DNA of 26,231 nt. It comes from Candidatus Omnitrophota bacterium (lineage in GTDB: Bacteria; Omnitrophota; Gorgyraeia; JAFGGP01). The translations under genes and the position numbers were made by a program. This document shows, piece after piece, positions 15,651-24,332 of the stretch. The stretch is from the NCBI GenBank assembly GCA_016930485.1, contig JAFGGP010000027.1, forward strand, positions 1 through 26,231. Reading direction: 5' to 3'. The notes beneath the pieces are model-generated. The model was not told the DNA's origin. It searched no databases and saw nothing but the letters and a program-made list of their open reading frames with translations. The stretch's first letter is position 1. Each line of letters begins with the position of its first letter.

Positions 15651-16961
15651 ATGAAAGCAAATGTTCCGCGCCGGGAGGACTTGGAGAGTTTATCCATTGC
15701 AAGGGTGGGGGAGCCGACCATCGAGTCTCCCTTGAAACTGAGGGGCAACCTGTTTACCGATGATTCCGACCGGGTTGTCGTGCATGCCGACTCGGATACT
15801 ATCGGCGCCTCTCTCAAAGAGGGTGAGATGCCTCCCATGTTTGAGGCGGCTGGTCCCCGCAAGAAGATTTTTTTTGACCCGGCTAGCCTGACCTGCGGTA
15901 TTGTAACCTGCGGCGGACTGTGCCCCGGCCTCAACGACGTGGTGCGCTCAATCACATTAACCCTGCTTTTGCAGTACGGGGTTAAAAAGGTCCTGGGGTT
16001 CCGGTATGGATATGGAGGGCTTTCGGCAAACGCGGATCACCCGCCTATGGAGCTGACACCCGATGTGGTTGACGGGATTCAACATAAGGGCGGGACCATC
16101 CTCGGCACGAGCCGTGGGATGCAGGAACCGGCCGAGATGGTCGAAACCCTCCTTGAGTATGACGTCAGGATTCTTTTTGTCGTCGGCGGTGACGGCACAT
16201 TTAAGGGGGCGCACCGGATTGCCGCCGAAATCAAGAAACGAGGTCTAACGATAGCGGTGGTAGGAGTTCCCAAGACGATCGATAACGACATCTACGGGTC
16301 GGAGAGCAGTTTCGGGTTTGGCACCGCCGTGGACAAGGCGAGAGAGGCTATAGCCTCTGCGCACGAAGAGGCCCGTGCCGCATTTAACGGAATCGGTCTG
16401 GTTAAGGTGATGGGGCGCGACTCCGGATTTATCGCCGCCTGCTCGTCACTCGCGAACAGTGACGTAAATTTCTGCCTTATCCCCGAGTCACCCTTTAGGC
16501 TTGAGGGAGACGACGGATTGCTCCGCAGGATAGAGACGAGACTGGCACGCAAGCACCATGCGGTTATTGTCGCCGCTGAAGGGGCCGGGCAGGGGCTCCT
16601 TAAGGAAACCCATCAAAAGGATGCAGCAGGAAACGTCATCTATGCCGATATCGGTCTTTTCCTTAAGGGAGCTATTTCGGAATACCTTTCACAGAAGAAT
16701 ATATCCTTTACTATTAAATACATCGACCCGAGTTATACCATCCGCAGCTGTCCTGCCAATGCGCGCGATTCCATCTTTTGTCTGCTTCTGGCCGAGATGG
16801 CCGTGCATGCGGGAATGGCAGGGAAAACAGACATGTTTGTCGGCTACTGGAATCAGCATTTTACCAATATGCCACTGAGTTTTGCGGTCAATAAAAGAAA
16901 GAAACTCGATACAAATGGTCCTCTCTGGCAGACGTTACTTGCGATTACCAGCGAAAAATAA
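15651..16961 (+). CDS. pfk: 6-phosphofructokinase paralog, PFK-A family (mixed ATP-type and PPi-type signature residues)
   Basis: TCGGLCPGLNDV. GGDGTF has Gly at the position-104 equivalent. GVPKTIDNDI has Lys at the position-124 equivalent. Length about 436 aa, as in actinobacterial and PPi-related PFKs. Confidence 0.85.
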   Translation: MKANVPRREDLESLSIARVGEPTIESPLKLRGNLFTDDSDRVVVHADSDTIGASLKEGEMPPMFEAAGPRKKIFFDPASLTCGIVTCGGLCPGLNDVVRSITLTLLLQYGVKKVLGFRYGYGGLSANADHPPMELTPDVVDGIQHKGGTILGTSRGMQEPAEMVETLLEYDVRILFVVGGDGTFKGAHRIAAEIKKRGLTIAVVGVPKTIDNDIYGSESSFGFGTAVDKAREAIASAHEEARAAFNGIGLVKVMGRDSGFIAACSSLANSDVNFCLIPESPFRLEGDDGLLRRIETRLARKHHAVIVAAEGAGQGLLKETHQKDAAGNVIYADIGLFLKGAISEYLSQKNISFTIKYIDPSYTIRSCPANARDSIFCLLLAEMAVHAGMAGKTDMFVGYWNQHFTNMPLSFAVNKRKKLDTNGPLWQTLLAITSEK

Positions 16962-17029
16962 GATTTCGCCAGTAAAAACAAACCGTATGACCGTCGATTT
17001 CTTTAAGAAGACTTTAACCGGATATTGTT

Positions 17030-18769
17030 ATGAAGCGAAGAGCAGTTTTAACATCCTGTTTAGGTATATGCCTGATACTGAGCCCCCTTTCCTGCTCTTA
17101 CCGGACCGCCGGGGTCACGCAACCGATGATTCCTGTATGTGAGAATCTTCATGTCTCCGGGGATATAGAGTATCCCGCCTCACCGTGCAGTTCCCTTATC
17201 AAGGGTGCACTCGAAAACAGAACCCATTACGTTACCGTGCTTGATAACGGCGATGATGCCCTCCTTGCCCGGGCACACCTTATCAGGAACGCACAACAGA
17301 CTATTCTCATACAGACTTTTATTTGGGGGGCCGATGAATCGGGTCGTTTCCTTTTCTCTGAGCTCATTCAGGCTGCAAAACGGGGAGTCAAGGTCAGGAT
17401 TCTTATTGATGCCCTTGGCCTGCCTGCCGAGCCGCGTCTCATTGCGTTTTTAACCGCTGTCCATCCGAACATCGAGATTAAATTTTATAATCCGGTTTCC
17501 GATAAAGTTATCTCTTCCAAGCTGGCGTTACTCAAAAAGGCCAGCCTTGATTTCAGCGGCCTCAATCAACGGATGCATAATAAGATATTTGTTGTCGATG
17601 ACCGGTTTGGGATTACCGGAGGGCGCAATTACGAAAACGATTATTTTGACCGGGGGAGAAAACGGAATTTCAGAGACTGCGATGTGTTGGTAATAGGGCC
17701 TGTTGTCAGAGATATGACAGATTCGTTTATGGAGTACTGGTCGTTTGATTTATCCGTACCGAGCGGGGATATGCTCGATGTCAGGACCTTGATTGAACGG
17801 GGGGAGTATACAGAGTACTCCTCGAAAGAGAGCTTTGAACTCGGGAGGTTTTTTGGAGAACTCGAGAGGCGTGCATCGGATACCAGTTCTATACAGAGAC
17901 TGCTTGTCGACCCGAGCCACGGGGCAGGACACGTTTCCTTCATTGCCGATCACCCCGGCAAGAGGGAGCGCATCGGAAAGAGGCAGATCGCGCGGACAAC
18001 ATACGAGTTAGGCCGGTTCCTTTTGCGGGCTGAAAAGTCTCTGGTTGTGCAGACACCCTATCTGGTGGTAGACAAGAAGAATGCGAGGTATTTTAAAAAA
18101 CTGGCGAGGAGCAAACCTGATCTGGAATGCCTGATATCCAGCAACAGCCTTGCGTCGGCCGACCATGTCCATGCCTATGCCTTTTCCTTTAAAAATAAAA
18201 AGAAGTATCTCAAGGATTTTCGCTGGCAGATCTTTGAATTAAGACCGGACCCGAAGGACGCCGATCTGATGATCACGCCGGTTAATAAAGAAGAGAGGGT
18301 TGGGGGCTATATTACCTGCATTCATGCCAAGACCTACGTGGTTGACGGCCAGGCGGTGTGGGTGGGGTCATTCAACCTTGACCCGCGGTCAGCCAATCTC
18401 AATACAGAGGCTGGATTAATCATCGATGATGAAGGGGTGGCACAGGCAATAGAGAAGAATATCCGCAGGGATATGGCTCATCAGAATAGCTGGACTATAG
18501 GCAGGCGTCCAAAGGTACCGGTAGTATCCCGGTTCAGCAGACCCTTGGGGAATATAATCAGGGCTATCCCGGTTGTCGATGTATGGCCTTTTACCTATTC
18601 CGGATGCTTTGAGTTAAAAGAAGGCAGGGCCGTCGTGCCGTTTTACCATGAAGATTTTTATGGAAACTACCGGTATGTCGGACCGTTTCCTGGGGTTATG
18701 CTCAGTGAAAAAGAGATAAAAGCACGGCTTATCAAGGCATTTTTGGGCCCTGCAGAGCCGTTGATATAA
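17030..18769 (+). CDS. secreted or lipid-anchored phospholipase D-superfamily enzyme with two HKD motifs (ClsB/ClsC-like cardiolipin synthase or phospholipase D)
   Basis: Signal peptide MKRRAVLTSCLGICLILSPLSCS. HKD-1 is HNKIFVVDDRFGITGGRNYENDYF. HKD-2 is HAKTYVVDGQAVWVGSFNLDPRS. Confidence 0.8.
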   Translation: MKRRAVLTSCLGICLILSPLSCSYRTAGVTQPMIPVCENLHVSGDIEYPASPCSSLIKGALENRTHYVTVLDNGDDALLARAHLIRNAQQTILIQTFIWGADESGRFLFSELIQAAKRGVKVRILIDALGLPAEPRLIAFLTAVHPNIEIKFYNPVSDKVISSKLALLKKASLDFSGLNQRMHNKIFVVDDRFGITGGRNYENDYFDRGRKRNFRDCDVLVIGPVVRDMTDSFMEYWSFDLSVPSGDMLDVRTLIERGEYTEYSSKESFELGRFFGELERRASDTSSIQRLLVDPSHGAGHVSFIADHPGKRERIGKRQIARTTYELGRFLLRAEKSLVVQTPYLVVDKKNARYFKKLARSKPDLECLISSNSLASADHVHAYAFSFKNKKKYLKDFRWQIFELRPDPKDADLMITPVNKEERVGGYITCIHAKTYVVDGQAVWVGSFNLDPRSANLNTEAGLIIDDEGVAQAIEKNIRRDMAHQNSWTIGRRPKVPVVSRFSRPLGNIIRAIPVVDVWPFTYSGCFELKEGRAVVPFYHEDFYGNYRYVGPFPGVMLSEKEIKARLIKAFLGPAEPLI

Positions 18770-18863
18770 CACAACGTTGCAAGAGCGCCCTGCCGGGACG
18801 CGGGGCGTTCTATTAACCCTTTTCAAAAAAACCGTTCCGGAGAATGGAAAGGCGCTACACATT

Positions 18864-20444
18864 ATGTTTGATCCTGCAAAAAAAAGACACCGATTAAGGA
18901 TTATTGTCCCGGCCTACCCTGCTTTTAATATTTACTCGGGCGTCGCTAATAAGACGACCGCCCTTGGTCCTGTATGTGTTGCCAGCGCGGTCAATGAGAT
19001 GGAGGGTTGGGACGTTGAGGTTATTGATGAGAATAACCTTTGCCGGTACGGCCCGCGCTCTCAGGAAGGGGGAGCGGATCATGAGTTTTTACAGCGCAGC
19101 CGGCCGGCGGATATAGTAGGGCTATACGGAGGACTTACCAGCACGATACCAAGGCTCTACAGGATAGCGCGGTTTTATAAAGAAAAAGGAATCCCGGTTA
19201 TCGGCGGAGGCCAGCATTTTGTCGATGAAAATCTGGATGAGGCCCTGCACTCCGGCATTGACTACATTGTGAGGGGTGAAGGGGAGATAACCATAAAAGA
19301 ACTTTTGCAGGCAATTCGGGAAGGAAAGTCGATAGATCTGATTCGGGGAATTGCCTATCTTAAAGACGATAAGGTGGTGCTGACAGAACCCAGGGAGCCG
19401 ATCACGGATTTTGACGCTTTACCGCACCCTAATTTCTCACTGGTGCGCTACGCAAAGATAAAGCTCTATCCGGTGGGGAGGATTCGCGGCTGCGGGATGG
19501 ACTGCGAGTTTTGCACCGTAAAAGGCAAGCCCCGCTGCGCCTCTCCCGAGAGGCTCTTGGAGGATATCCGGTTTCTTCTTGAGACCCGCGATGCTAGGCA
19601 CTTTTTTATCGTCGACGATCTCTTTGGGCAATACCGCGATGAGACTATCGAGTTTTGCCGCATGCTTGAGTGTTACCAGAGGCGTGTGGACAGGCGGTTG
19701 GACATAACCGTCCAGATCAGACTCGATAAAGCAAGGGATCCGGAACTCTTGACTGCTATGCGCCATGCAGGAATTAACACGGTAGCCATCGGTTTTGAAT
19801 CGCCCATTGACGAGGAGCTGCTCGCCATGAGGAAAAAGGTGAGACCTCAGGACATGATCGATCTGGCGCGGGCGTATCACCGGGCCGGTTTTCTGGTGCA
19901 CGGCATGTTTATTTTTGGGTATCCCCTCAAGGGAAGCGGGGACTTTGTTCTGTCAAGGGAAGAGCGGATTAGACGATTCAGGACTTTTATAAAAAAGGCG
20001 AAGATCGACACGGTACAGATACTGCTGCCGGTTCCGCTGCCCGGGACAGAGTTGCGTCAGAGACTCAAGGAGCAAGGTCGTATCTATCCCAAGGATGATA
20101 TAGGCTGGGAATACTATGACGGAAATTTTCCCATATTTGAACCAGATCGGCCATTAAGTGCAAAAGACCTGCAGGACTCTATCTGTGATATCATGGGCAA
20201 GTTCTATCAGTTTAAGTATATGTTTATGGTCGGGTTCCATATTTTTTCTTTTCCTGCCCTCGTGTTCTTTCTGCACAATATTAAGTCGGGATGGAGAAGA
20301 TGGTATCGCCCGTGGCGCAATGCCCTGGCCCGTTTTGGCGGGTGGATTATCTTAAAAGGGTGGTTGTCGCAGTTCGAGAGAGGCCCCTTCATCCAGAAAC
20401 TGAAACAGGCCCAGAGGCATCTCAGAGAAAAGAACAACCACTGA
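18864..20444 (+). CDS. B12-binding-domain radical SAM protein (class B) with a Trp/Arg-rich amphipathic C-terminal tail
   Basis: N-terminal cobalamin-binding fold RIIVPAYPAFNIYSGVANKTTALGPVCVASAVNEMEGWDVEVID. CxxxCxxC in GCGMDCEFCTV. The C-terminal tail FHIFSFPALVFFLHNIKSGWRRWYRPWRNALARFGGWIILKGWL suggests membrane-interface binding. The ORF track's earliest in-frame start is 18777; I prefer ATG 18864 (MFDPAKK...). The gene begins only 8-95 bp after the PLD stop. Confidence 0.75.
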   Translation: MFDPAKKRHRLRIIVPAYPAFNIYSGVANKTTALGPVCVASAVNEMEGWDVEVIDENNLCRYGPRSQEGGADHEFLQRSRPADIVGLYGGLTSTIPRLYRIARFYKEKGIPVIGGGQHFVDENLDEALHSGIDYIVRGEGEITIKELLQAIREGKSIDLIRGIAYLKDDKVVLTEPREPITDFDALPHPNFSLVRYAKIKLYPVGRIRGCGMDCEFCTVKGKPRCASPERLLEDIRFLLETRDARHFFIVDDLFGQYRDETIEFCRMLECYQRRVDRRLDITVQIRLDKARDPELLTAMRHAGINTVAIGFESPIDEELLAMRKKVRPQDMIDLARAYHRAGFLVHGMFIFGYPLKGSGDFVLSREERIRRFRTFIKKAKIDTVQILLPVPLPGTELRQRLKEQGRIYPKDDIGWEYYDGNFPIFEPDRPLSAKDLQDSICDIMGKFYQFKYMFMVGFHIFSFPALVFFLHNIKSGWRRWYRPWRNALARFGGWIILKGWLSQFERGPFIQKLKQAQRHLREKNNH

Positions 20445-20477
20445 CAACGTCTCCTATTTTCAAAACACATATTTTTT

Positions 20478-21218
20478 ATGAGACTTAATGCGGTTCGTGT
20501 TTATTTTTACGGCGACCTTTCTCTGTTTCTGGCAAGGCGCGGCGCGGCGTCAATTTCTGTGCAATTGGCGGGCGATAGGGTTTCTATCAAGGATCTTGTT
20601 GAGTCCCTGGGGGTGCCTCATACCGAGATCGACGCGCTGTTTGTTAACGACAGGGCTGTCGGATTTTCACATCGTATAAGCGGCAATAAAAGAGTCAGGG
20701 TGTATCCCGACGCATCCCGGGTGCGCTTTGCTGGCGTTAAAAAATTGCGGCCTACCAATCCGCATAAGCCGGCCTTTTTGGTTGATGTGCATCTGGGAAA
20801 GGTCGCGAGGATGCTGCGCCTTCTGGGTTTTGACACGGTTTTTGATCCTGCGTTGGATGACACAGGTATTATAGACGCGGCCGTAAAGAGTAGGCGGATT
20901 ATACTGACCAGGGACAAGGGGATACTGAAACAGCGCCGGGTCAGGTACGGCTATTATGTTAGAGGAGACAGCCTGACAGAGAGGATGCGCGGTATTGTCA
21001 GGCGATACGATCTCACGGGGAAGATAAAACCCTTTGCACGGTGCGTGGGGTGTAACGGCAGGCTGAGACGTGTTCGCAAAGAAAGAGTGCTCTCTGAGCT
21101 CGAACCTCTGACCCGCCGCTACTACGATGAGTTTTACCGATGCATCTCCTGTGGCAAAATCTACTGGGAGGGGTCACACCACCCCCGAATACTGGCGTTC
21201 ATAAAAAATATTACCTAA
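20478..21218 (+). CDS. Ub-Mut7C protein: N-terminal ThiS/MoaD-like beta-grasp domain, Mut7-C (PIN-like) RNase domain, and C-terminal CxxC...CxxC zinc ribbon
   Basis: N-terminus: VYFYGDLSLF...VSIKDLVESLGVPHTEIDALFVNDRAV, a beta-grasp fold ending in VRVYP. Mut7-C core: FLVDVHLGKVARMLRLLGFDT...ILTRD. Zinc ribbon: CVGCNG ... CISCGK. Confidence 0.7.
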   Translation: MRLNAVRVYFYGDLSLFLARRGAASISVQLAGDRVSIKDLVESLGVPHTEIDALFVNDRAVGFSHRISGNKRVRVYPDASRVRFAGVKKLRPTNPHKPAFLVDVHLGKVARMLRLLGFDTVFDPALDDTGIIDAAVKSRRIILTRDKGILKQRRVRYGYYVRGDSLTERMRGIVRRYDLTGKIKPFARCVGCNGRLRRVRKERVLSELEPLTRRYYDEFYRCISCGKIYWEGSHHPRILAFIKNIT

Positions 21219-21339
21219 AAAAGAAGGGGCCAATAATGGAGCGCGGGCCATTACCTAACGCATTTCGCCACAGGAAAAGACGGCATGCATGATGAATGTG
21301 CACTAAAGCAGTGCTGTTGATAAGGGAAGACCGGAAAAA

Positions 21340-21990
21340 ATGGGAACCGATGGAATCGATATACGGGTATTCTATGAGGCGGATAGAGAGGCTGTGCGCA
21401 GGATAAGCCGTGAGACGGCCTTTCTCGGTGAGCCGTACGAACGATTTTTTAGCGACGGAGAAATCCTGGCCGACGCATTGACCCTGTATTATACCGATTA
21501 TGAACCAGGGTCATGTTTTGTTGCGACAGAAGCGGATAGGGTTGTCGGTTATCTTACAGGGGCCAGGGATGTAACAGCGATGCGCTGTATAGTCAGAAAA
21601 AAGATTGCTCCGGCGTTACTGGTAAAGGCACTACAGAAAAAAGCGCTGTTCCACAGGGGCAAGATACGATTTCTTGGGCATATCCTCGTGAGTTTTTTAA
21701 AGGGGGAATTTTTCGCGCCCGATTTTTCGAAAAAATACCCCGCTACACTGCATATTAATCTTGAGAAAGGGTATCGGGGCAGAAAGATAGGCAAGCGCCT
21801 TATTGAGTGCTATATTGCCTTTCTTCGCGGCGAGGGAGTCCGGGGAGTTCATTTCGGCACTATGTCAGAAAGGGCGAAAGGATTCTTTCTTAAACTCGGA
21901 TTTTCGGTATTATCGAGTACTAGGCGCAGTTACCTGCGGTATCAGTTAAAGCGGCCTCTCCCGTATTACATATTAGGAAAAGTGCTATAG
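21340..21990 (+). CDS. GNAT-family N-acyltransferase
   Basis: Acetyl-CoA motif A in LHINLEKGYRGRKIGKRLIE (Q/R-x-x-G-x-G/A). Overall length and topology of about 200 aa fit GNAT. Confidence 0.65.
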   Translation: MGTDGIDIRVFYEADREAVRRISRETAFLGEPYERFFSDGEILADALTLYYTDYEPGSCFVATEADRVVGYLTGARDVTAMRCIVRKKIAPALLVKALQKKALFHRGKIRFLGHILVSFLKGEFFAPDFSKKYPATLHINLEKGYRGRKIGKRLIECYIAFLRGEGVRGVHFGTMSERAKGFFLKLGFSVLSSTRRSYLRYQLKRPLPYYILGKVL

Positions 21991-22126
21991 TGAGTAACGC
22001 TTTTAAGACGAGTACTGTGCGCATCGTACTGGCGACTGCTTTCTGCGCCGGTGCATTGTTTTTTTAGATCATTCTTTTCCCGGCAAAGAGGTCGGCGCTC
22101 AGGACACGTTCAAAAAAGTAGAGCTT

Positions 22127-23449
22127 GTGCCCGGGGACCGGATTCTCATCCTCGCACCGCACCCCGACGATGAGATCCTCGGATGCGGCGGGGTGATTCA
22201 GAAGGCCGGAAAGATGGGGCTACCGCTCAAGGTCGTATTTCTGACGTACGGCGACAGCAACCAGTGGTCATTTATCGTATATAGAAAGCACCCGGTTTTT
22301 CTGCCTGCAGCGGTCAAACAGATGGGCCTGATCCGTCATGATGAGGCACTTGAGGCGGCAAAGGTGCTGGGCCTTTCTCCGGAAGATCTCATTTTTCTCG
22401 GATACCCGGACTTCACTACCTTGCAGATCTGGACATCGCGCTGGGACGACCGCCCGCCCGCTCGGGGCACGCTCTCCCATGCGAGGGCCGTTCCGTATCA
22501 AAACGCATACCGACCCGGTGCACCGTACAAGGCCGATGAGATATTAAGGGACATCACCGATATTATCCGTGAATTCAGACCAACGAAGATTTTTGTCTCA
22601 CATCCGGCAGACCATAACCCTGATCACCGTTCATTGTATCTGTTTACCCGGGTGGCGTTGTGGGGACTGGAGGATGAAATAAGGCCCGAGATATATCCCT
22701 ATTTGGTGCATTTCAAAAAATGGCCCACGCCTTATGGATACCGGCCCGATGCCGAACTTTTACCTCCGGCTTTATTTGCGCATAAGGCAGAGTGGCACAT
22801 TTTGCCGCTCAGCGGGGAGGAGGTTACGAACAATTACAGCGCCATCCAGAAGCACCGATCTCAATATGAGGTAAATAAGAAATATCTCCTTTCATTTATA
22901 CGTAGGAACGGACTGTACGGAGATTTTTCCGCGGTGCGGCTGAGGTCTAAAGAGGAGTTGATTTCTCTGGTCTTTTCCAGCAGCGAGTATCTGAACGAGT
23001 TCCCCGACCAGCTTCTCGATGAAGAGCGCGCCGAGTTTGTCGGGGTAGAAAAAGAGTTTTTGAGCATCGAAAGCGGCGCCCTTATTTTTACACTCAGGCT
23101 TTCCCGTCCGCTACAAAAGAGCACCGGCGTCTCATTGTATTTATTTGGCTATAGAAAAGACGCCTCTTTTACCCGGATGCCGAAAATTCACATTAAGTTC
23201 GGAATGATCGAGCATAAGATTCTTGACCAGAACCGAAAACTCCCCCTGGATTCGGTGCATGTCGAACGCAAAGGGAAGGAGATAACCATGCACATTCCGC
23301 TGAAACTCCTCGGCGACCCGGAACGCATCCTGACGAGTGCCCGAACCTATGCCGGGGCCCTCCCACTGGACTGGGTTTCCTGGAGGGTTCTGGAGATACA
23401 GTCACCGTCATATGCAGCGCGGGAACCAAAATCGCTTCGCCCGCTCTGA
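22127..23449 (+). CDS. PIG-L / LmbE-family metal-dependent de-N-acetylase (about 230 aa) with a C-terminal extension of about 200 aa of unknown fold
   Basis: GTG start. ILILAPHPDDEILGCGG signature. HPADHNPDH zinc-ligand region. The C-terminal half (VRLRSKEELISLVFSS ... WVSWRVLEIQ) has no motif I recognise. Confidence 0.75.
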   Translation: MPGDRILILAPHPDDEILGCGGVIQKAGKMGLPLKVVFLTYGDSNQWSFIVYRKHPVFLPAAVKQMGLIRHDEALEAAKVLGLSPEDLIFLGYPDFTTLQIWTSRWDDRPPARGTLSHARAVPYQNAYRPGAPYKADEILRDITDIIREFRPTKIFVSHPADHNPDHRSLYLFTRVALWGLEDEIRPEIYPYLVHFKKWPTPYGYRPDAELLPPALFAHKAEWHILPLSGEEVTNNYSAIQKHRSQYEVNKKYLLSFIRRNGLYGDFSAVRLRSKEELISLVFSSSEYLNEFPDQLLDEERAEFVGVEKEFLSIESGALIFTLRLSRPLQKSTGVSLYLFGYRKDASFTRMPKIHIKFGMIEHKILDQNRKLPLDSVHVERKGKEITMHIPLKLLGDPERILTSARTYAGALPLDWVSWRVLEIQSPSYAAREPKSLRPL

Positions 23450-23492
23450 TACTTTATGAGCGTTTTTTTAGATTGATCGAGGGAGAGTACTG

Positions 23493-24332
23493 ATGAAAAA
23501 AATTATCCACATGAGCGATTTGCATATCGGCTATAAAGATTTTAAATACCGGTTTATGTCCATTATCCACGATTTACGGTCAAAAGTACCGAGTGGACCG
23601 TCTCAATACATAATCGTTATTACGGGAGACCTCGTCAATGACGCGAATAAAAAGGGAAGTTGCGGCGATGCCCTGCGGGGTTTGAACCGCCTCAAACGGT
23701 CGGGCTTTAAGCATATTCTGGTGGTGCCGGGCAATCATGATTATGGCACGGGCAACAAAGGCAATAAGAAATTCGTCGCGTCGTTTAAAAAGACTTTTTA
23801 CAGATCAGATCTTGAGTACCCCAAGCTGGATATCATTAACAGGATTGCCTTTATCGGTTTGGATTCGATGGCCGAGGAACTCCACTGGTATGATGATCTC
23901 TGGGCTCAGGGGGAGCTGGGGAAGAAGCAGTTGGACAGATTGGAAGAGATTCTAAATCTGAAAAAGGTGCAGAGGTGCAATAAGAGGGTTGTCTATCTGC
24001 ATCACCATCCTTTTAAGTGGCGCCCGCTGCATCAGCTTAAAGACGCCGGAAAACTGAAGAAAGTCCTCACAAAAGCCATGCAGAAGGGCATTTCGATAGA
24101 TGCGATTCTTTTTGGCCACAATCATGAAGGCGATGCGCATAACGGAACATGGGGCATTCCGCGCTGCTACGATGCCGGAACGGCCACGTTAAAACCCAGG
24201 TCTAAATACGTCAGTTGGGCAACCTGGTTTAAAGTCCAATCCTCGACCCGTGTCATAGATCTCAATCAGGACCCGGCCAAGGATTATCGGGTGACGTATA
24301 CCTATCAGGAGAAGTTACAGGAAGAACCATGA
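23493..24332 (+). CDS. calcineurin-like metallophosphoesterase
   Basis: Metal-ligand motifs SDLHIG, TGDLVND, VPGNHDY, LHHHP and GHNHEGD. SD GGGAGAG upstream. The stop overlaps the cls ATG (ATGA). Confidence 0.8.
   Translation: MKKIIHMSDLHIGYKDFKYRFMSIIHDLRSKVPSGPSQYIIVITGDLVNDANKKGSCGDALRGLNRLKRSGFKHILVVPGNHDYGTGNKGNKKFVASFKKTFYRSDLEYPKLDIINRIAFIGLDSMAEELHWYDDLWAQGELGKKQLDRLEEILNLKKVQRCNKRVVYLHHHPFKWRPLHQLKDAGKLKKVLTKAMQKGISIDAILFGHNHEGDAHNGTWGIPRCYDAGTATLKPRSKYVSWATWFKVQSSTRVIDLNQDPAKDYRVTYTYQEKLQEEP

Noticed and set aside
16882-17142. 86-aa ORF overlapping the PLD start
   Set aside because: It lies in a different frame from the PLD signal peptide, which has a canonical start and hydrophobic core. 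It has no RBS.
18777-18863. The earliest in-frame ATG (18777) as the rSAM start, which would imply tight coupling to the PLD
   Set aside because: Not fully rejected. I prefer 18864 (MFDPAKK...) because class-B rSAM proteins begin close to the B12-binding fold. Mapping the 5' end is needed.
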